Shown here: piece after piece, positions 30,539 through 39,206 of the stretch
How the letters are laid out: each line of letters starts with the position of its first letter
How positions within the stretch are numbered: the first letter of the stretch is position 1
IMG/VR virus record: IMGVR_UViG_3300034280_000588
Reading direction: 5' to 3' (one strand)
From: an uncultured virus (IMG/VR IMGVR_UViG_3300034280_000588)
Lineage: Duplodnaviria > Heunggongvirae > Uroviricota > Caudoviricetes
DNA length: 62,942 nucleotides
Made by a program: the position numbers and the translations under genes
The notes under the pieces: generated by a model
The model's input: only the letters and a program-made list of their open reading frames with translations
The model's database searches: none
Told to the model about the DNA's origin: nothing

Positions 30539-31006
30539 TTATGATAGATAAGCCCAACCTGCTACAGGTTGACTAAATATAACATTTACAGTGGTATCAT
30601 TTACATATACAATAGTACCTTGGATTTCCTGTCCAAACTCATCTGTTGTAGTGACATTTGGATTAAACTCTAGGTCATGTGTGAGCACCCATAGAGTGGA
30701 TGCGGGTGTAATACGGAATGACTTACCTACGCCATTATAATTATTTACATTGATGTTTACATAGCAAACATCATCGTGACACATATTAATTGGCAACCAT
30801 TTTTTATAGTTAGTGGCTATATCACAAAAACTTGAATAATCACCAGATGATTGCCAATCAATAAGTTCTTTTCTCATAGTGATAAGATCCATGTTGCCAT
30901 CATTATGGCATGCTGTAATTCCGTATCTTTTATTACGGAAAACATCCATAATTGCATCAGCAAACTTTTTGTTATACTTATCTTTATGAGCTAAATAATT
31001 CTTCAT
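30539..31006 (-). CDS. Putative structural protein
   Basis: 155 aa; C-terminal WVLTHDLEFNPNV...FSQPVAGWAYLS fibre-base-like motif. Confidence 0.55.
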   Translation of the reverse strand: MKNYLAHKDKYNKKFADAIMDVFRNKRYGITACHNDGNMDLITMRKELIDWQSSGDYSSFCDIATNYKKWLPINMCHDDVCYVNINVNNYNGVGKSFRITPASTLWVLTHDLEFNPNVTTTDEFGQEIQGTIVYVNDTTVNVIFSQPVAGWAYLS

Positions 31007-31146
31007 GGTTTAGGAGTTGATAAAGATTGTTCTTTTAACTTATCTTCATAAGCCTGAAGACAAGAGGAGCAAACTTGTTTTCCATCGCTAGCTGTCTTTT
31101 TTTGGCACCCACAGCTAAGTTGTGCGTTACAATTTTGACAAGTCAT
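31003..31146 (-). CDS. 47-aa Cys-rich protein (not in ORF track)
   Basis: MTCQNCNAQLSCGCQKKTASDGKQVCSSCLQAYEDKLKEQSLSTPKP; AAACCAAAC leader; ATGA overlap with next gene. Confidence 0.7.
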   Translation of the reverse strand: MTCQNCNAQLSCGCQKKTASDGKQVCSSCLQAYEDKLKEQSLSTPKP

Positions 31147-31165
31147 ATGTTTGGTTTTTGGTTAA

Positions 31166-31723
31166 TCAGCAGTTTGTACACTTAACACCATCTAGTTTCA
31201 TAAGTCTTTTCTGTGCATACATCAGCAAATCCAACCCTTCTTTGTTTTCATGGCAGTCTTCCACTTTCACTTTAGCAGCATCTATAAAAGACTTAATCAA
31301 TCTAAGTTCATCAAGTTGTGCTTTTACATCAGCATCTGGTTCACAAGCAGCCATTTCTAAGTTACAAAGCATTTGATTATACTTATTAATAAACTGTGTC
31401 ACTCTAAGATGAGTGTATTCAACATACACTTTATCATTAGGAGACACAGAATATCTAATAAGATAGATACCATCTGGTAAAATTTGAGAGCTTTCCCCAC
31501 ATCCAGAAGACTGGATTCCCAAAGCACACGCATTTAGAACAAGATTAAAATTTGATTGTACATTAATTGTATAAGGTGTATTAAACCCAGGCACTGTAAT
31601 TTGAAGCGTTTCACAGGTTATGGGTATAATATCACAATATATAGAAGTATCAAATATCCTAAAAACCCTGGGATTATTTGTATGGGGAATATCTAAGAAA
31701 AGCTGATGAGCGCACGCTGACAT
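31166..31723 (-). CDS. Structural-module protein
   Basis: 185 aa; LQITVPGF and LPDGIYLIRYSVSP motifs recalled from crAss-like structural modules. Confidence 0.55.
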   Translation of the reverse strand: MSACAHQLFLDIPHTNNPRVFRIFDTSIYCDIIPITCETLQITVPGFNTPYTINVQSNFNLVLNACALGIQSSGCGESSQILPDGIYLIRYSVSPNDKVYVEYTHLRVTQFINKYNQMLCNLEMAACEPDADVKAQLDELRLIKSFIDAAKVKVEDCHENKEGLDLLMYAQKRLMKLDGVKCTNC

Positions 31724-31750
31724 AGCATTATAATTTAGTGATTAGTATTC

Positions 31751-31763
31751 AATATCAATATAC
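31751..31763 (-). promoter_or_regulatory. Putative late-promoter motif (GTATATTGATATT)
   Basis: 13-nt variant lying between a terminator and the 31723 start. Confidence 0.45.
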
Positions 31764-31783
31764 AAAATTTTGCACATTTTACC

Positions 31784-31821
31784 AAAAGAAAAAAGGGAGG
31801 GACATGATGTCCACTCCCTTT
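31784..31821 (-). terminator. Intrinsic terminator
   Basis: Minus-strand hairpin AAAGGGAGTGGACAT-C-ATGTCCC(C)TCCCTTT followed by T-rich tract, right after 31840..33222. Confidence 0.7.
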
Positions 31822-31839
31822 ATTCTCATAGGAAATATG

Positions 31840-33222
31840 TTAAGGTGCAGCTGTGGTTGTTGTCGTTGTTGGTGCAGCCGTAGTAGTAGTTGTTGTTATA
31901 GCAGGGTTAGTAACACACCCACCACCAGCAACTGTAGTAACATTAACGTCAGAACAAACTTCCAATTCACCAGCACTATTAATATTCCAGTTTTCAATCT
32001 CAATACCATTACCAGCGCAATTAAGAACAGTTTGAAGGCTATTCAAAAATGCAGTGTTGTCTACCCCTTCAGGTACATAGATAGTCAACAGATACTGATC
32101 ATTATCAAATGTTCCAGTGGGGTTATTCAACCTAGGAACATTGTGAAGAATGTTGATTGAGTTGAAGTAGGCATTGCGGTTAAAACCAGTCAATGAAGGG
32201 TTACCTTCAATTTCTCTCATCCTCAAGCTTTCTACGCGAGAACTATCAGGGAAAGCTTCTTGACGATACCTACCAGCAAGGATAAGATCACGAAGAACAG
32301 TTTCACCAAGTCCCTGAGCTTGACGAGGCTCTTGGAAAGGAGGAGTGGCAACACCATCAGCATTAACTTGACCAGAAATTGTTACACCCTGTACACTGCA
32401 AGGATCTCCAGTTTCATCCACCATAGAAGCAAACACACGAAGAGGTTGCAACTCATAGAAATCTGTAGGAGTGAAAGTACAGTTACCAAACTTAGTGTCT
32501 ACATAAGCAACTTCTAAACGAATGCAAGAATCATCTGTATCAGCATTAGCATCTGTAGGATCAAAAGTGCTAGTGTAAGCATTAAGAGCAGCAACAAAAG
32601 CAGCAATTTGAGCGTCAGACGTACCAGCTTGAACAGCTACTGTTACACCATCCCAATCAATAACAGTAACTTTAAAATAGTTCTTTACAATTGGATTTTC
32701 TACAATTTGCTTGGCCCAGTTGATGGTAGCAATTGTAGGATCTACCAAAGCACCAGTACAAGTGGCAGTGCAATCATCTGTGCAGCATCCTGTAAAAGCA
32801 TCCAGAGTACGATAGATGTTGTGGCTCAAGAAACGCAGAGCAGGAGAACCTTTAATATCCAAACGGAGTCTGTAGGTTTTGCCACACTCTAAACCACTTA
32901 CACAAATCTCTTTAATTTCTGGCTGAGGTTGAACAGAACATGTGGTAAATACACGACTAATGTACTTAGGGTTGATCACCTTAGATTTAACAGACTCCTG
33001 ATAGCCACCATGAACGGGACCAATCTTGTCATTGGTGAAATAAGAACCCTGAGCCAGGATGAAGGGTTTACCAGTGCTTGTTACAGCAGCAAAAGTCTTA
33101 GCATCAAAAAGACCAATTTGACCTGCAGTAAGGTCTGCAGTAGACCCGGATGTTCTAACATCCAATACACCTCCATTGGTCTTACCAAGGAAGGATTTTC
33201 GGAACGCGTGATTAAAATACAT
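31840..33222 (-). CDS. Abundant structural protein (auxiliary capsid/decoration candidate) with C-terminal poly-Thr tail
   Basis: 460 aa; position in the crAss-like capsid module; own terminator; ends ITTTTTTAAPTTTTTTAAP. Confidence 0.6.
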   Translation of the reverse strand: MYFNHAFRKSFLGKTNGGVLDVRTSGSTADLTAGQIGLFDAKTFAAVTSTGKPFILAQGSYFTNDKIGPVHGGYQESVKSKVINPKYISRVFTTCSVQPQPEIKEICVSGLECGKTYRLRLDIKGSPALRFLSHNIYRTLDAFTGCCTDDCTATCTGALVDPTIATINWAKQIVENPIVKNYFKVTVIDWDGVTVAVQAGTSDAQIAAFVAALNAYTSTFDPTDANADTDDSCIRLEVAYVDTKFGNCTFTPTDFYELQPLRVFASMVDETGDPCSVQGVTISGQVNADGVATPPFQEPRQAQGLGETVLRDLILAGRYRQEAFPDSSRVESLRMREIEGNPSLTGFNRNAYFNSINILHNVPRLNNPTGTFDNDQYLLTIYVPEGVDNTAFLNSLQTVLNCAGNGIEIENWNINSAGELEVCSDVNVTTVAGGGCVTNPAITTTTTTAAPTTTTTTAAP

Positions 33223-33256
33223 CTTGTTTAAAATTTATGGGTTAAAAAATAAAAAA

Positions 33257-33715
33257 TTATTTTAAGAATATTAGTTTATACTTAATAGAGTTAATGGTGC
33301 TCTTTATATTGTCAAGATCATTAACTATTTCACTGTGAGGCATAACAGACTGAAGACCATCAATCTTATCTTTCATCTTTCTCAAGAAGTCCAATCCTTC
33401 TTCTACAGAGTTAAGCTCAGCAGGAGCAGTGTTAGGAAGTTCTAAAATCTTTTCTTCTGCACCTTGAAAACCCTCTACAATATCATCAGCATGGTCTCCA
33501 AAGGCATCATAGTCCAATCCTTTGTGAGCTGCAAATGAACCAAGCCCTGTCACTTTAAGATGGAGCTTATGTAAGCTAGTTACAGCGTTTAACATATCTT
33601 GTGCCAATGCTGCTGTTTGCATACAAAGACCACATGTTTCAGATCCTCCACCCATAGAAACTGTTACTTTCATAGGGCTGGAAGAAAAAATACTAGGGCG
33701 TGTTATCTTTTGCAT
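33257..33715 (-). CDS. Ferritin/Dps-like four-helix protein (DUF5856-like)
   Basis: LHKLHLKV...SFAAHKGL...DDIVEGFQG and EIVNDLDNIKSTINSIKYKL pattern. Confidence 0.65.
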   Translation of the reverse strand: MQKITRPSIFSSSPMKVTVSMGGGSETCGLCMQTAALAQDMLNAVTSLHKLHLKVTGLGSFAAHKGLDYDAFGDHADDIVEGFQGAEEKILELPNTAPAELNSVEEGLDFLRKMKDKIDGLQSVMPHSEIVNDLDNIKSTINSIKYKLIFLK

Positions 33716-33719
33716 ATAT

Positions 33720-33731
33720 AATATAATTTAC
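33720..33731 (-). promoter_or_regulatory. Putative late-promoter motif (GTAAATTATATT)
   Basis: Motif copy overlapping the upstream stop, 4 nt before the 33715 start. Confidence 0.45.
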
Positions 33732-34432
33732 GAATTTCTTTGCGCATTACCAACATTTCTTTGATAATTTGTTATATCAGCAATATCTCCTGCTAAAATA
33801 GCCACTGCTTCATCTATAATTAACTCAACTATGTCATCTTTAAACTCACAAGGATAATCTTTACTAAAAGCTCCTCCTGTTCTAGGATCAGCGCAATTAA
33901 TAAAGCCTACATCTTGAGGTCTTCTATAATAAGTGAGAGTGCCACGAACAATCTCAAACTTATCATTTGTAAAGATTTTCACTTTATTCCCAGCTATAGT
34001 ACAAAAGGTTTCCCCCCACTCAAAGTTTGGAGACTTATAACTGTCTCCTAACAAAGCGTTTACGTTTGCCTCTTCACCAAGATAAACAGTAAATAGTCTT
34101 TCTGGGCAGCAATCATCCACTCCATAAACTGAAGCCCTTATAAAACTAAAATAGTCTAAAGGAACAAGTTCACTTTCATAATAGAGAGGTCTCTTTACTA
34201 AATTAGTAAAAGGATCAGACTTTAAAAGAACTTGCAAATCATCTATCATCACAACACTTTGCTCAGATGATTCTTTTCTGTTATTCAAACCACGAAGGCT
34301 TCTTCTCACCCATTCCAACTGTGCTTTATTAAAAGCTTCCTGAATTTGCCAGCATTCTATATTGTCATAATCCATAGAAGCCAGCTTGTTCAGTCTTTCT
34401 TTAAATTTTATTTGTAATAAAGCATTTGTCAT
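33728..34432 (-). CDS. Head-tail adaptor/ring protein (crAss-like capsid module)
   Basis: 234 aa; FNKAQLEWV and LTYYRRP...CEF...ELIIDEAV motifs; position downstream of MCP. Confidence 0.6.
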   Translation of the reverse strand: MTNALLQIKFKERLNKLASMDYDNIECWQIQEAFNKAQLEWVRRSLRGLNNRKESSEQSVVMIDDLQVLLKSDPFTNLVKRPLYYESELVPLDYFSFIRASVYGVDDCCPERLFTVYLGEEANVNALLGDSYKSPNFEWGETFCTIAGNKVKIFTNDKFEIVRGTLTYYRRPQDVGFINCADPRTGGAFSKDYPCEFKDDIVELIIDEAVAILAGDIADITNYQRNVGNAQRNS

Positions 34433-34433
34433 T

Positions 34434-34682
34434 TTAACATTTCCATTTTCTAAGAGACTTGTTAATACGACTATTAGGATCGTTAGCAGTCTTAGATGAA
34501 GTGAGTTTCTTTTTCATACCTGACATCCTAGCGCAAAATGACTTTTTCCTAGAACCTCCCTGAGGCTGAGGTGCTTTAAGATTACCACCTGTAGCCTTGT
34601 TATAGGATGCTCTACCTTTTGCGTTAAGTCCACCAGAAGGACTCTTACCTTCCTTTCTTTGCCAAGCTGGTGTCTTTGCCAT
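34434..34682 (-). CDS. Small basic phage protein (DUF6321-like)
   Basis: AWQRKEGKSPSGGLNAKGRASYN...SFCARM...SLRKWKC, a widespread phage family. Confidence 0.75.
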   Translation of the reverse strand: MAKTPAWQRKEGKSPSGGLNAKGRASYNKATGGNLKAPQPQGGSRKKSFCARMSGMKKKLTSSKTANDPNSRINKSLRKWKC

Positions 34683-34827
34683 GGGTTACTGTTTTAACAC
34701 TATCCACTTTAATGCTATCAGCTTTTACACAAACTGTTGTATCACAATGTACAGTTTCTGTTTCTGTAGGACCGCATCCAACTAAAGACAAAGTCACAAC
34801 TGCTCCAATCAAAATAAACTTTTTCAT
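34645..34827 (-). CDS. Small lipoprotein
   Basis: MKKFILIGAVVTLSLVG-C lipobox. Confidence 0.6.
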   Translation of the reverse strand: MKKFILIGAVVTLSLVGCGPTETETVHCDTTVCVKADSIKVDSVKTVTHGKDTSLAKKGR

Positions 34828-34829
34828 AA

Positions 34830-34979
34830 CTACTTTTTGTTTTTACTTTTTATTTTACGTTCTTGTTTAAGCATTTCAGGAGTGGGCTTTTTGCCAGATC
34901 CCTTATTTGCACGAATGTTGTCCCAAAGTCCTCTTTGAGAATATGTGCCATCCTTGCGTTTAATCATCTGTTTAGCCAT
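34830..34979 (-). CDS. 49-aa basic protein (not in ORF track)
   Basis: MAKQMIKRKDGTYSQRGLWDNIRANKGSGKKPTPEMLKQERKIKSKNKK; fills the gap between neighbours. Confidence 0.7.
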   Translation of the reverse strand: MAKQMIKRKDGTYSQRGLWDNIRANKGSGKKPTPEMLKQERKIKSKNKK

Positions 34980-34980
34980 A

Positions 34981-35244
34981 TTATTTACCTTTACTTAGAC
35001 GTTTTGGTGTACCGCAACTACCACCCATTTTCATTTTAGTTGCAGATCCACCCATTTTTTTATATCCCATTTTATTTCTAACTTCTGTAGGAAGTTTAGA
35101 AAGTCCCACTTTACCAGGAGGTACATCTTTTAAAGAACCACCCATGGCCATTTTAGGTTTTTTACCTGCCGCCTTCATAGCCATTGCAATAGCGGATTGT
35201 TGTTTTGGGCTCTTAGCAGAACCACCTTTTTTCATTTGATACAT
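34981..35244 (-). CDS. Small Lys/Met/Gly-rich basic protein
   Basis: 87 aa; MKKGG, MAMGG, KKMGG, MKMGG repeats; GLSKLPTEVRNKMGY. Confidence 0.7.
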   Translation of the reverse strand: MYQMKKGGSAKSPKQQSAIAMAMKAAGKKPKMAMGGSLKDVPPGKVGLSKLPTEVRNKMGYKKMGGSATKMKMGGSCGTPKRLSKGK

Positions 35245-35246
35245 AG

Positions 35247-35405
35247 TTATTTCTTTTTAGCCATTGCTTTAAAGGTTTTGGCAAGGTTGTATCTCTTAGT
35301 ACCAGGACGACATGTAGGACCACCAAACTTAGATCCTGTACATACACCCTCTGTACCTCTGCGTTTAATAGACGCTGTTGCTTTTTGAATCCAACCTTTT
35401 GCCAT
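35247..35405 (-). CDS. 52-aa basic protein (not in ORF track)
   Basis: MAKGWIQKATASIKRRGTEGVCTGSKFGGPTCRPGTKRYNLAKTFKAMAKKK; fills the gap between neighbours. Confidence 0.7.
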   Translation of the reverse strand: MAKGWIQKATASIKRRGTEGVCTGSKFGGPTCRPGTKRYNLAKTFKAMAKKK

Positions 35406-35416
35406 AACTTTAAATA

Positions 35417-36433
35417 TTATTGATTCCAGTAGTGCTCCACCTTCTTGGTAAGCTTGATGAGAATCTCTTCATTCAGCGGATTCCTAAGATATTCAGCCAC
35501 ATCTGAAGCAGTTCTTCCAAGCATAGTTACACTTTCCATGTCATACAAGAAGCCATCAGCCTTTACAGATATAAACCTATAGTAGTTACAATCTTTAATA
35601 ATGGCTCTAATTTTCAGACTTTCCATATCAAGGTTGACAGTATCCAAGAATCTTTGAGCTGTACGCTTTTTATCCTTATCTACAAGATCACCATTGATAT
35701 ATCTATCCATATTATCATAAACAATATCATTCGGTGTAGACTTTTTATACTGTGCTGAATTAGGATCAAGCACTTTTGCTACATAGAACAACTTATTCTG
35801 ATTCTTGTCAAATAACTTTTGAAGTTCACTAAGAGCTTTATTTCTAAGCTTCTTAACTTCAGTTTTTACAGAGGCTGTTTCTTCCAACTTATCAAGATAA
35901 AACTTAACTGGTGTTGGGCTCCTGCGAGCATCATCCAATGATTTAGAAATCATTGAGAAACCACCTGCTTCTATAGCATATAATTTAATAAGATCATAAG
36001 GGTCTTTATCAGGTTCTAAATAAACAGGCTCATTGCCCACCCTAATTTTAATCTTATCCCAAAGTTCTCCGTTGTCAGGTTTAAGCAACTTAAGCTTATT
36101 CCAAAACTCCTTATCATCAGGATCCACTACATTAGCAGCTAAAGATTTTTCCAAATGAGAAACCACTCTGCGGATTTCTGTAACCTTAGCTTCTTGCTCA
36201 TCTAAAGGAAGACTTTTAACTTCAGGAGAAAACTCATTTAGTCCTGTAAGGTATCTCTTAATACCGTTGATTTCTAAACAAGCCAGTTGTTCTTCATGAA
36301 ACGCTCCTTCAAATAAACTTAGTCCATATTTTTGCAATCCCATGTTCTCTACACCAGAATCAAAAAAAGGACGAATTGCAATAGTTGACCTTTTGTTTTG
36401 TGGGTACTTCTCCACAATAGTTACACTACTCAT
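35417..36433 (-). CDS. Conserved capsid-module protein of crAss-like phages
   Basis: 338 aa helical protein shortly downstream of MCP; assignment by position. Confidence 0.55.
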   Translation of the reverse strand: MSSVTIVEKYPQNKRSTIAIRPFFDSGVENMGLQKYGLSLFEGAFHEEQLACLEINGIKRYLTGLNEFSPEVKSLPLDEQEAKVTEIRRVVSHLEKSLAANVVDPDDKEFWNKLKLLKPDNGELWDKIKIRVGNEPVYLEPDKDPYDLIKLYAIEAGGFSMISKSLDDARRSPTPVKFYLDKLEETASVKTEVKKLRNKALSELQKLFDKNQNKLFYVAKVLDPNSAQYKKSTPNDIVYDNMDRYINGDLVDKDKKRTAQRFLDTVNLDMESLKIRAIIKDCNYYRFISVKADGFLYDMESVTMLGRTASDVAEYLRNPLNEEILIKLTKKVEHYWNQ

Positions 36434-36494
36434 TTGTTGGTTTTTTGGTTTATATTAAAATCTGTAAACCAATAGGTTTACAATCTGTAAATTC

Positions 36495-36731
36495 TTAGTC
36501 AAGAAGTTTGGAAATCAAACTACGTTGTGTCAGATCTTCCTCATTCTTAAAAGCTCTAGCTTCTGCTTTAGCAAGTTCATTTTCTGTAAAAAGAAGACAC
36601 CTAGGATTAGATCCATCAGCATCCTTCACCCATACAGAAATATAAGAAGCACTCTCATTTGAAAAGGCTTTGGTTTTAATGTTTTCCACCTTAACCAATC
36701 TGCCCAAACGTGTAAAGATTTCGCATGCCAT
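36495..36731 (-). CDS. Hypothetical protein
   Basis: 78 aa ORF in operon. Confidence 0.6.
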   Translation of the reverse strand: MACEIFTRLGRLVKVENIKTKAFSNESASYISVWVKDADGSNPRCLLFTENELAKAEARAFKNEEDLTQRSLISKLLD

Positions 36732-36732
36732 G

Positions 36733-37179
36733 TTAGTCTATTTTTACAATTTCAAAATAAAAGTAGAGAAGTCCCCAGTCATCAGCACCTTCTAAATTCT
36801 TTATTTGAATTTGAAACTGGTCTCCTGAAAATCCTCTGCCAATTATAACAGGAGTACATGAACTAGTATCAGAATATACAGAGAGTTGAATATAAAACTT
36901 TTCATGCTCATATGTAATCTCTTTATTCTGAAGATAAATAGAAATAGAGTCTGTACCAGGATCAGCATTAAAAACTTCTACAACTCCTTTTTTAGAAAAA
37001 ATTCTTAAAACATTAGTATCATCAACATCAATTTCATAATACTTAATGTCATTAATATCCCTAGAAAGTCTATTAACATGAGCAATTCTAGCTAATGCAC
37101 TTTCTGCATCACTGTATCCCTGTTGAATCGCCCTATCAGGAGATTTAGGGTTCATTATCAATCTTTTAAGAGATATCAT
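36733..37179 (-). CDS. Hypothetical protein, possibly capsid-associated
   Basis: 148 aa; N-terminal PKSPD...ALARIAHVN segment then beta-rich domain. Confidence 0.55.
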   Translation of the reverse strand: MISLKRLIMNPKSPDRAIQQGYSDAESALARIAHVNRLSRDINDIKYYEIDVDDTNVLRIFSKKGVVEVFNADPGTDSISIYLQNKEITYEHEKFYIQLSVYSDTSSCTPVIIGRGFSGDQFQIQIKNLEGADDWGLLYFYFEIVKID

Positions 37180-37325
37180 TTTTTATAATTTTTTAGTTAA
37201 CTGTGCACCTACTAAGGGTTGCAAGTCCTTCATGCGGCCTCCATGGTGAGCGTACTGTAGGTAGAGAAGAGAGTGTGAGCGGGAGCTCATTTTACAATGT
37301 GCCCCCTTGCACACATCTCTTTAAT

Positions 37326-37487
37326 TTACTTTTTTCTTTTGCCAACTGATCCAGCCTTGCTAGTAATTGCTGTAGATTTTACAACACCTTTACCAGCGTT
37401 CATTCCAACTTTTACGCCTTTAGAACCAGGCTTCATTTGTGCCCAAGAAGGAGCAGAAGACTTAGAAGTTTTAGGATTACCTGCCAT
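37326..37487 (-). CDS. 53-aa basic protein (not in ORF track)
   Basis: MAGNPKTSKSSAPSWAQMKPGSKGVKVGMNAGKGVVKSTAITSKAGSVGKRKK; first ORF after MCP. Confidence 0.65.
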   Translation of the reverse strand: MAGNPKTSKSSAPSWAQMKPGSKGVKVGMNAGKGVVKSTAITSKAGSVGKRKK

Positions 37488-37523
37488 TTGATTTATATTT
37501 AATTGTTATTAAACATATGAAAG

Positions 37524-37558
37524 ACCTGGGGGCTGATCTTACGGTAAGCACCCCAGGT
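37524..37558 (-). terminator. Stable hairpin after MCP (partial terminator or mRNA stabiliser)
   Basis: ACCTGGGG...CCCCAGGT stem 10 nt after the MCP stop, only a short CTTTC tail. Confidence 0.5.
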
Positions 37559-37568
37559 ACATATTCAA

Positions 37569-39176
37569 TTAGAATGAACCACCAGTAACAGGATTTCTCA
37601 TAACGATCTTCAACACTTTGGTTGGATCTTTAACCCAGATAGCTGGCATAGTTTGAGTCATAAACACGCGATATCCATTGAAGTTTCCAGAAGACTGGAA
37701 CCCTTGTGTTCTACCCATATAGTCCATAGTACCATTCTGATAGAACCACTTCAGTTGATTATCCCAAGACAGCTTCAGAAGATAGATGTTGTCATTGGTG
37801 TTGTCAGTGATATCAAAGATAATGAAATTGTAAGAAGACAGAGGGAAACCATCAATAATGGGATTCTCAATGTCGTTAGTGTGTACGTTGTCAAATGCAG
37901 GATTAAGAACAAACTTAACATTTGCCAAGAACGGGATGATGTAGCTAGTGTATGCAAATCCAAAGTTCAGATCCATGCCCTTGCCAGTTACTGCTCCAAG
38001 CTCATGTGCATTAAGAACCAGGCCAGAGTTTACAGCCTCTTTCTTAATAGCCTCATTAACAAGTTTCATACCACCCAAGCCTGTTTGAACAATCAAAGCT
38101 CTATTGGGCTCAGGACCTTGGAATTCAACACGACCATTGAAGAAGTTGAAGATTTCACTCTTAAACAGATCAAGGTTGAAAGAACCACGGTTGTAAATAC
38201 GCTTGTAAGAGTTGTCAAGTTGCTTCCACAGACCCACAGAAAGACGAATGTCATCAGGACCATCTTGCTTAACCTTTCCACCTTGACCCCACATGAGGTA
38301 GGTTTCAATGTCATTAGCAACTTTAGTCAGGTGAGCAGCTTCCAAAGTGGTAAGGAAAGAACGAGTGAGCTGACCAGAAGAATAAGCCTTCTTAATGTAG
38401 TCTTTGCCCATTTGCTCAAGGCTGGTGATGGAGGGATCCAGAGTTTTGTCAAAGTTTCTCCAAAGCTCTACAACAGGAATAGTACCATCAGCTTTCATAC
38501 CACCTTTCAGCATAAGGTCTGCACGACTAGAAATGCTGTAGTGTACGTGAGCTTCTGCACCACCTACAAAGTTGTAAAATTCACGGAAACCTGCAGACAC
38601 TGAACCAAGATCAGAGAATCTTTCTCCATACTCTCCGCGAGCAGAACCCTTACGGAAGATCTTAGTGCCAACTTTCAAATACTTGTTATCCAAGAATTTG
38701 TTGTTGTCATTGTTTACAAGCTGTACAGTGTAGATGAAGCTATCACCTGTAGGGATAACATCATCAGCAGTGATGTACATTTCCACACCATTGTACTTAT
38801 CATAAGTGATGATATCACCATGACCAAAAGTACGTTTGTTAAGCTTAATCTTAAAGGTTTGACCGTCAACACCTTTAGTGATGTTAGTTGGTTCAATGTC
38901 CTCTACGATGTAAGGAAGGTCCTGTGCTACAGGAATTTGCCATTTGTATTCACCGCGCGCGTTGTCTACCATAATCACATTCTTGCCACCAAAAGAAGAC
39001 ATCTGGTACAGGGGCATTTCTACCTTCTGTGCCATAGCCCACAGATCTACGGGACCAAGGTCAGTAGGTTCTGCGCTCTTAAGGAGATTAGACAAGTGAT
39101 ATGAATCAACGTGAGAACTAGTATGATACTGGTTGTCACGCAGGAATATACCATTGTTTAAAACTGGGGTTGCCAT
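37569..39176 (-). CDS. Major capsid protein (crAss-like, HK97 fold)
   Basis: 535 aa; follows portal and acidic scaffold-like gene; GLWKQL, QTGLGGM, NPAFD motifs; strongly biased codons. Confidence 0.85.
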   Translation of the reverse strand: MATPVLNNGIFLRDNQYHTSSHVDSYHLSNLLKSAEPTDLGPVDLWAMAQKVEMPLYQMSSFGGKNVIMVDNARGEYKWQIPVAQDLPYIVEDIEPTNITKGVDGQTFKIKLNKRTFGHGDIITYDKYNGVEMYITADDVIPTGDSFIYTVQLVNNDNNKFLDNKYLKVGTKIFRKGSARGEYGERFSDLGSVSAGFREFYNFVGGAEAHVHYSISSRADLMLKGGMKADGTIPVVELWRNFDKTLDPSITSLEQMGKDYIKKAYSSGQLTRSFLTTLEAAHLTKVANDIETYLMWGQGGKVKQDGPDDIRLSVGLWKQLDNSYKRIYNRGSFNLDLFKSEIFNFFNGRVEFQGPEPNRALIVQTGLGGMKLVNEAIKKEAVNSGLVLNAHELGAVTGKGMDLNFGFAYTSYIIPFLANVKFVLNPAFDNVHTNDIENPIIDGFPLSSYNFIIFDITDNTNDNIYLLKLSWDNQLKWFYQNGTMDYMGRTQGFQSSGNFNGYRVFMTQTMPAIWVKDPTKVLKIVMRNPVTGGSF

Positions 39177-39206
39177 AGGGCTTAAAATTTAAAGGGTTAA
39201 TAAAAA

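Noticed and set aside
37653..38603. 316-aa plus-strand ORF inside the MCP gene (likewise 4314..4928 and 40662..41189)
   Set aside because: Antisense shadows of codon-biased genes; no motifs or leaders
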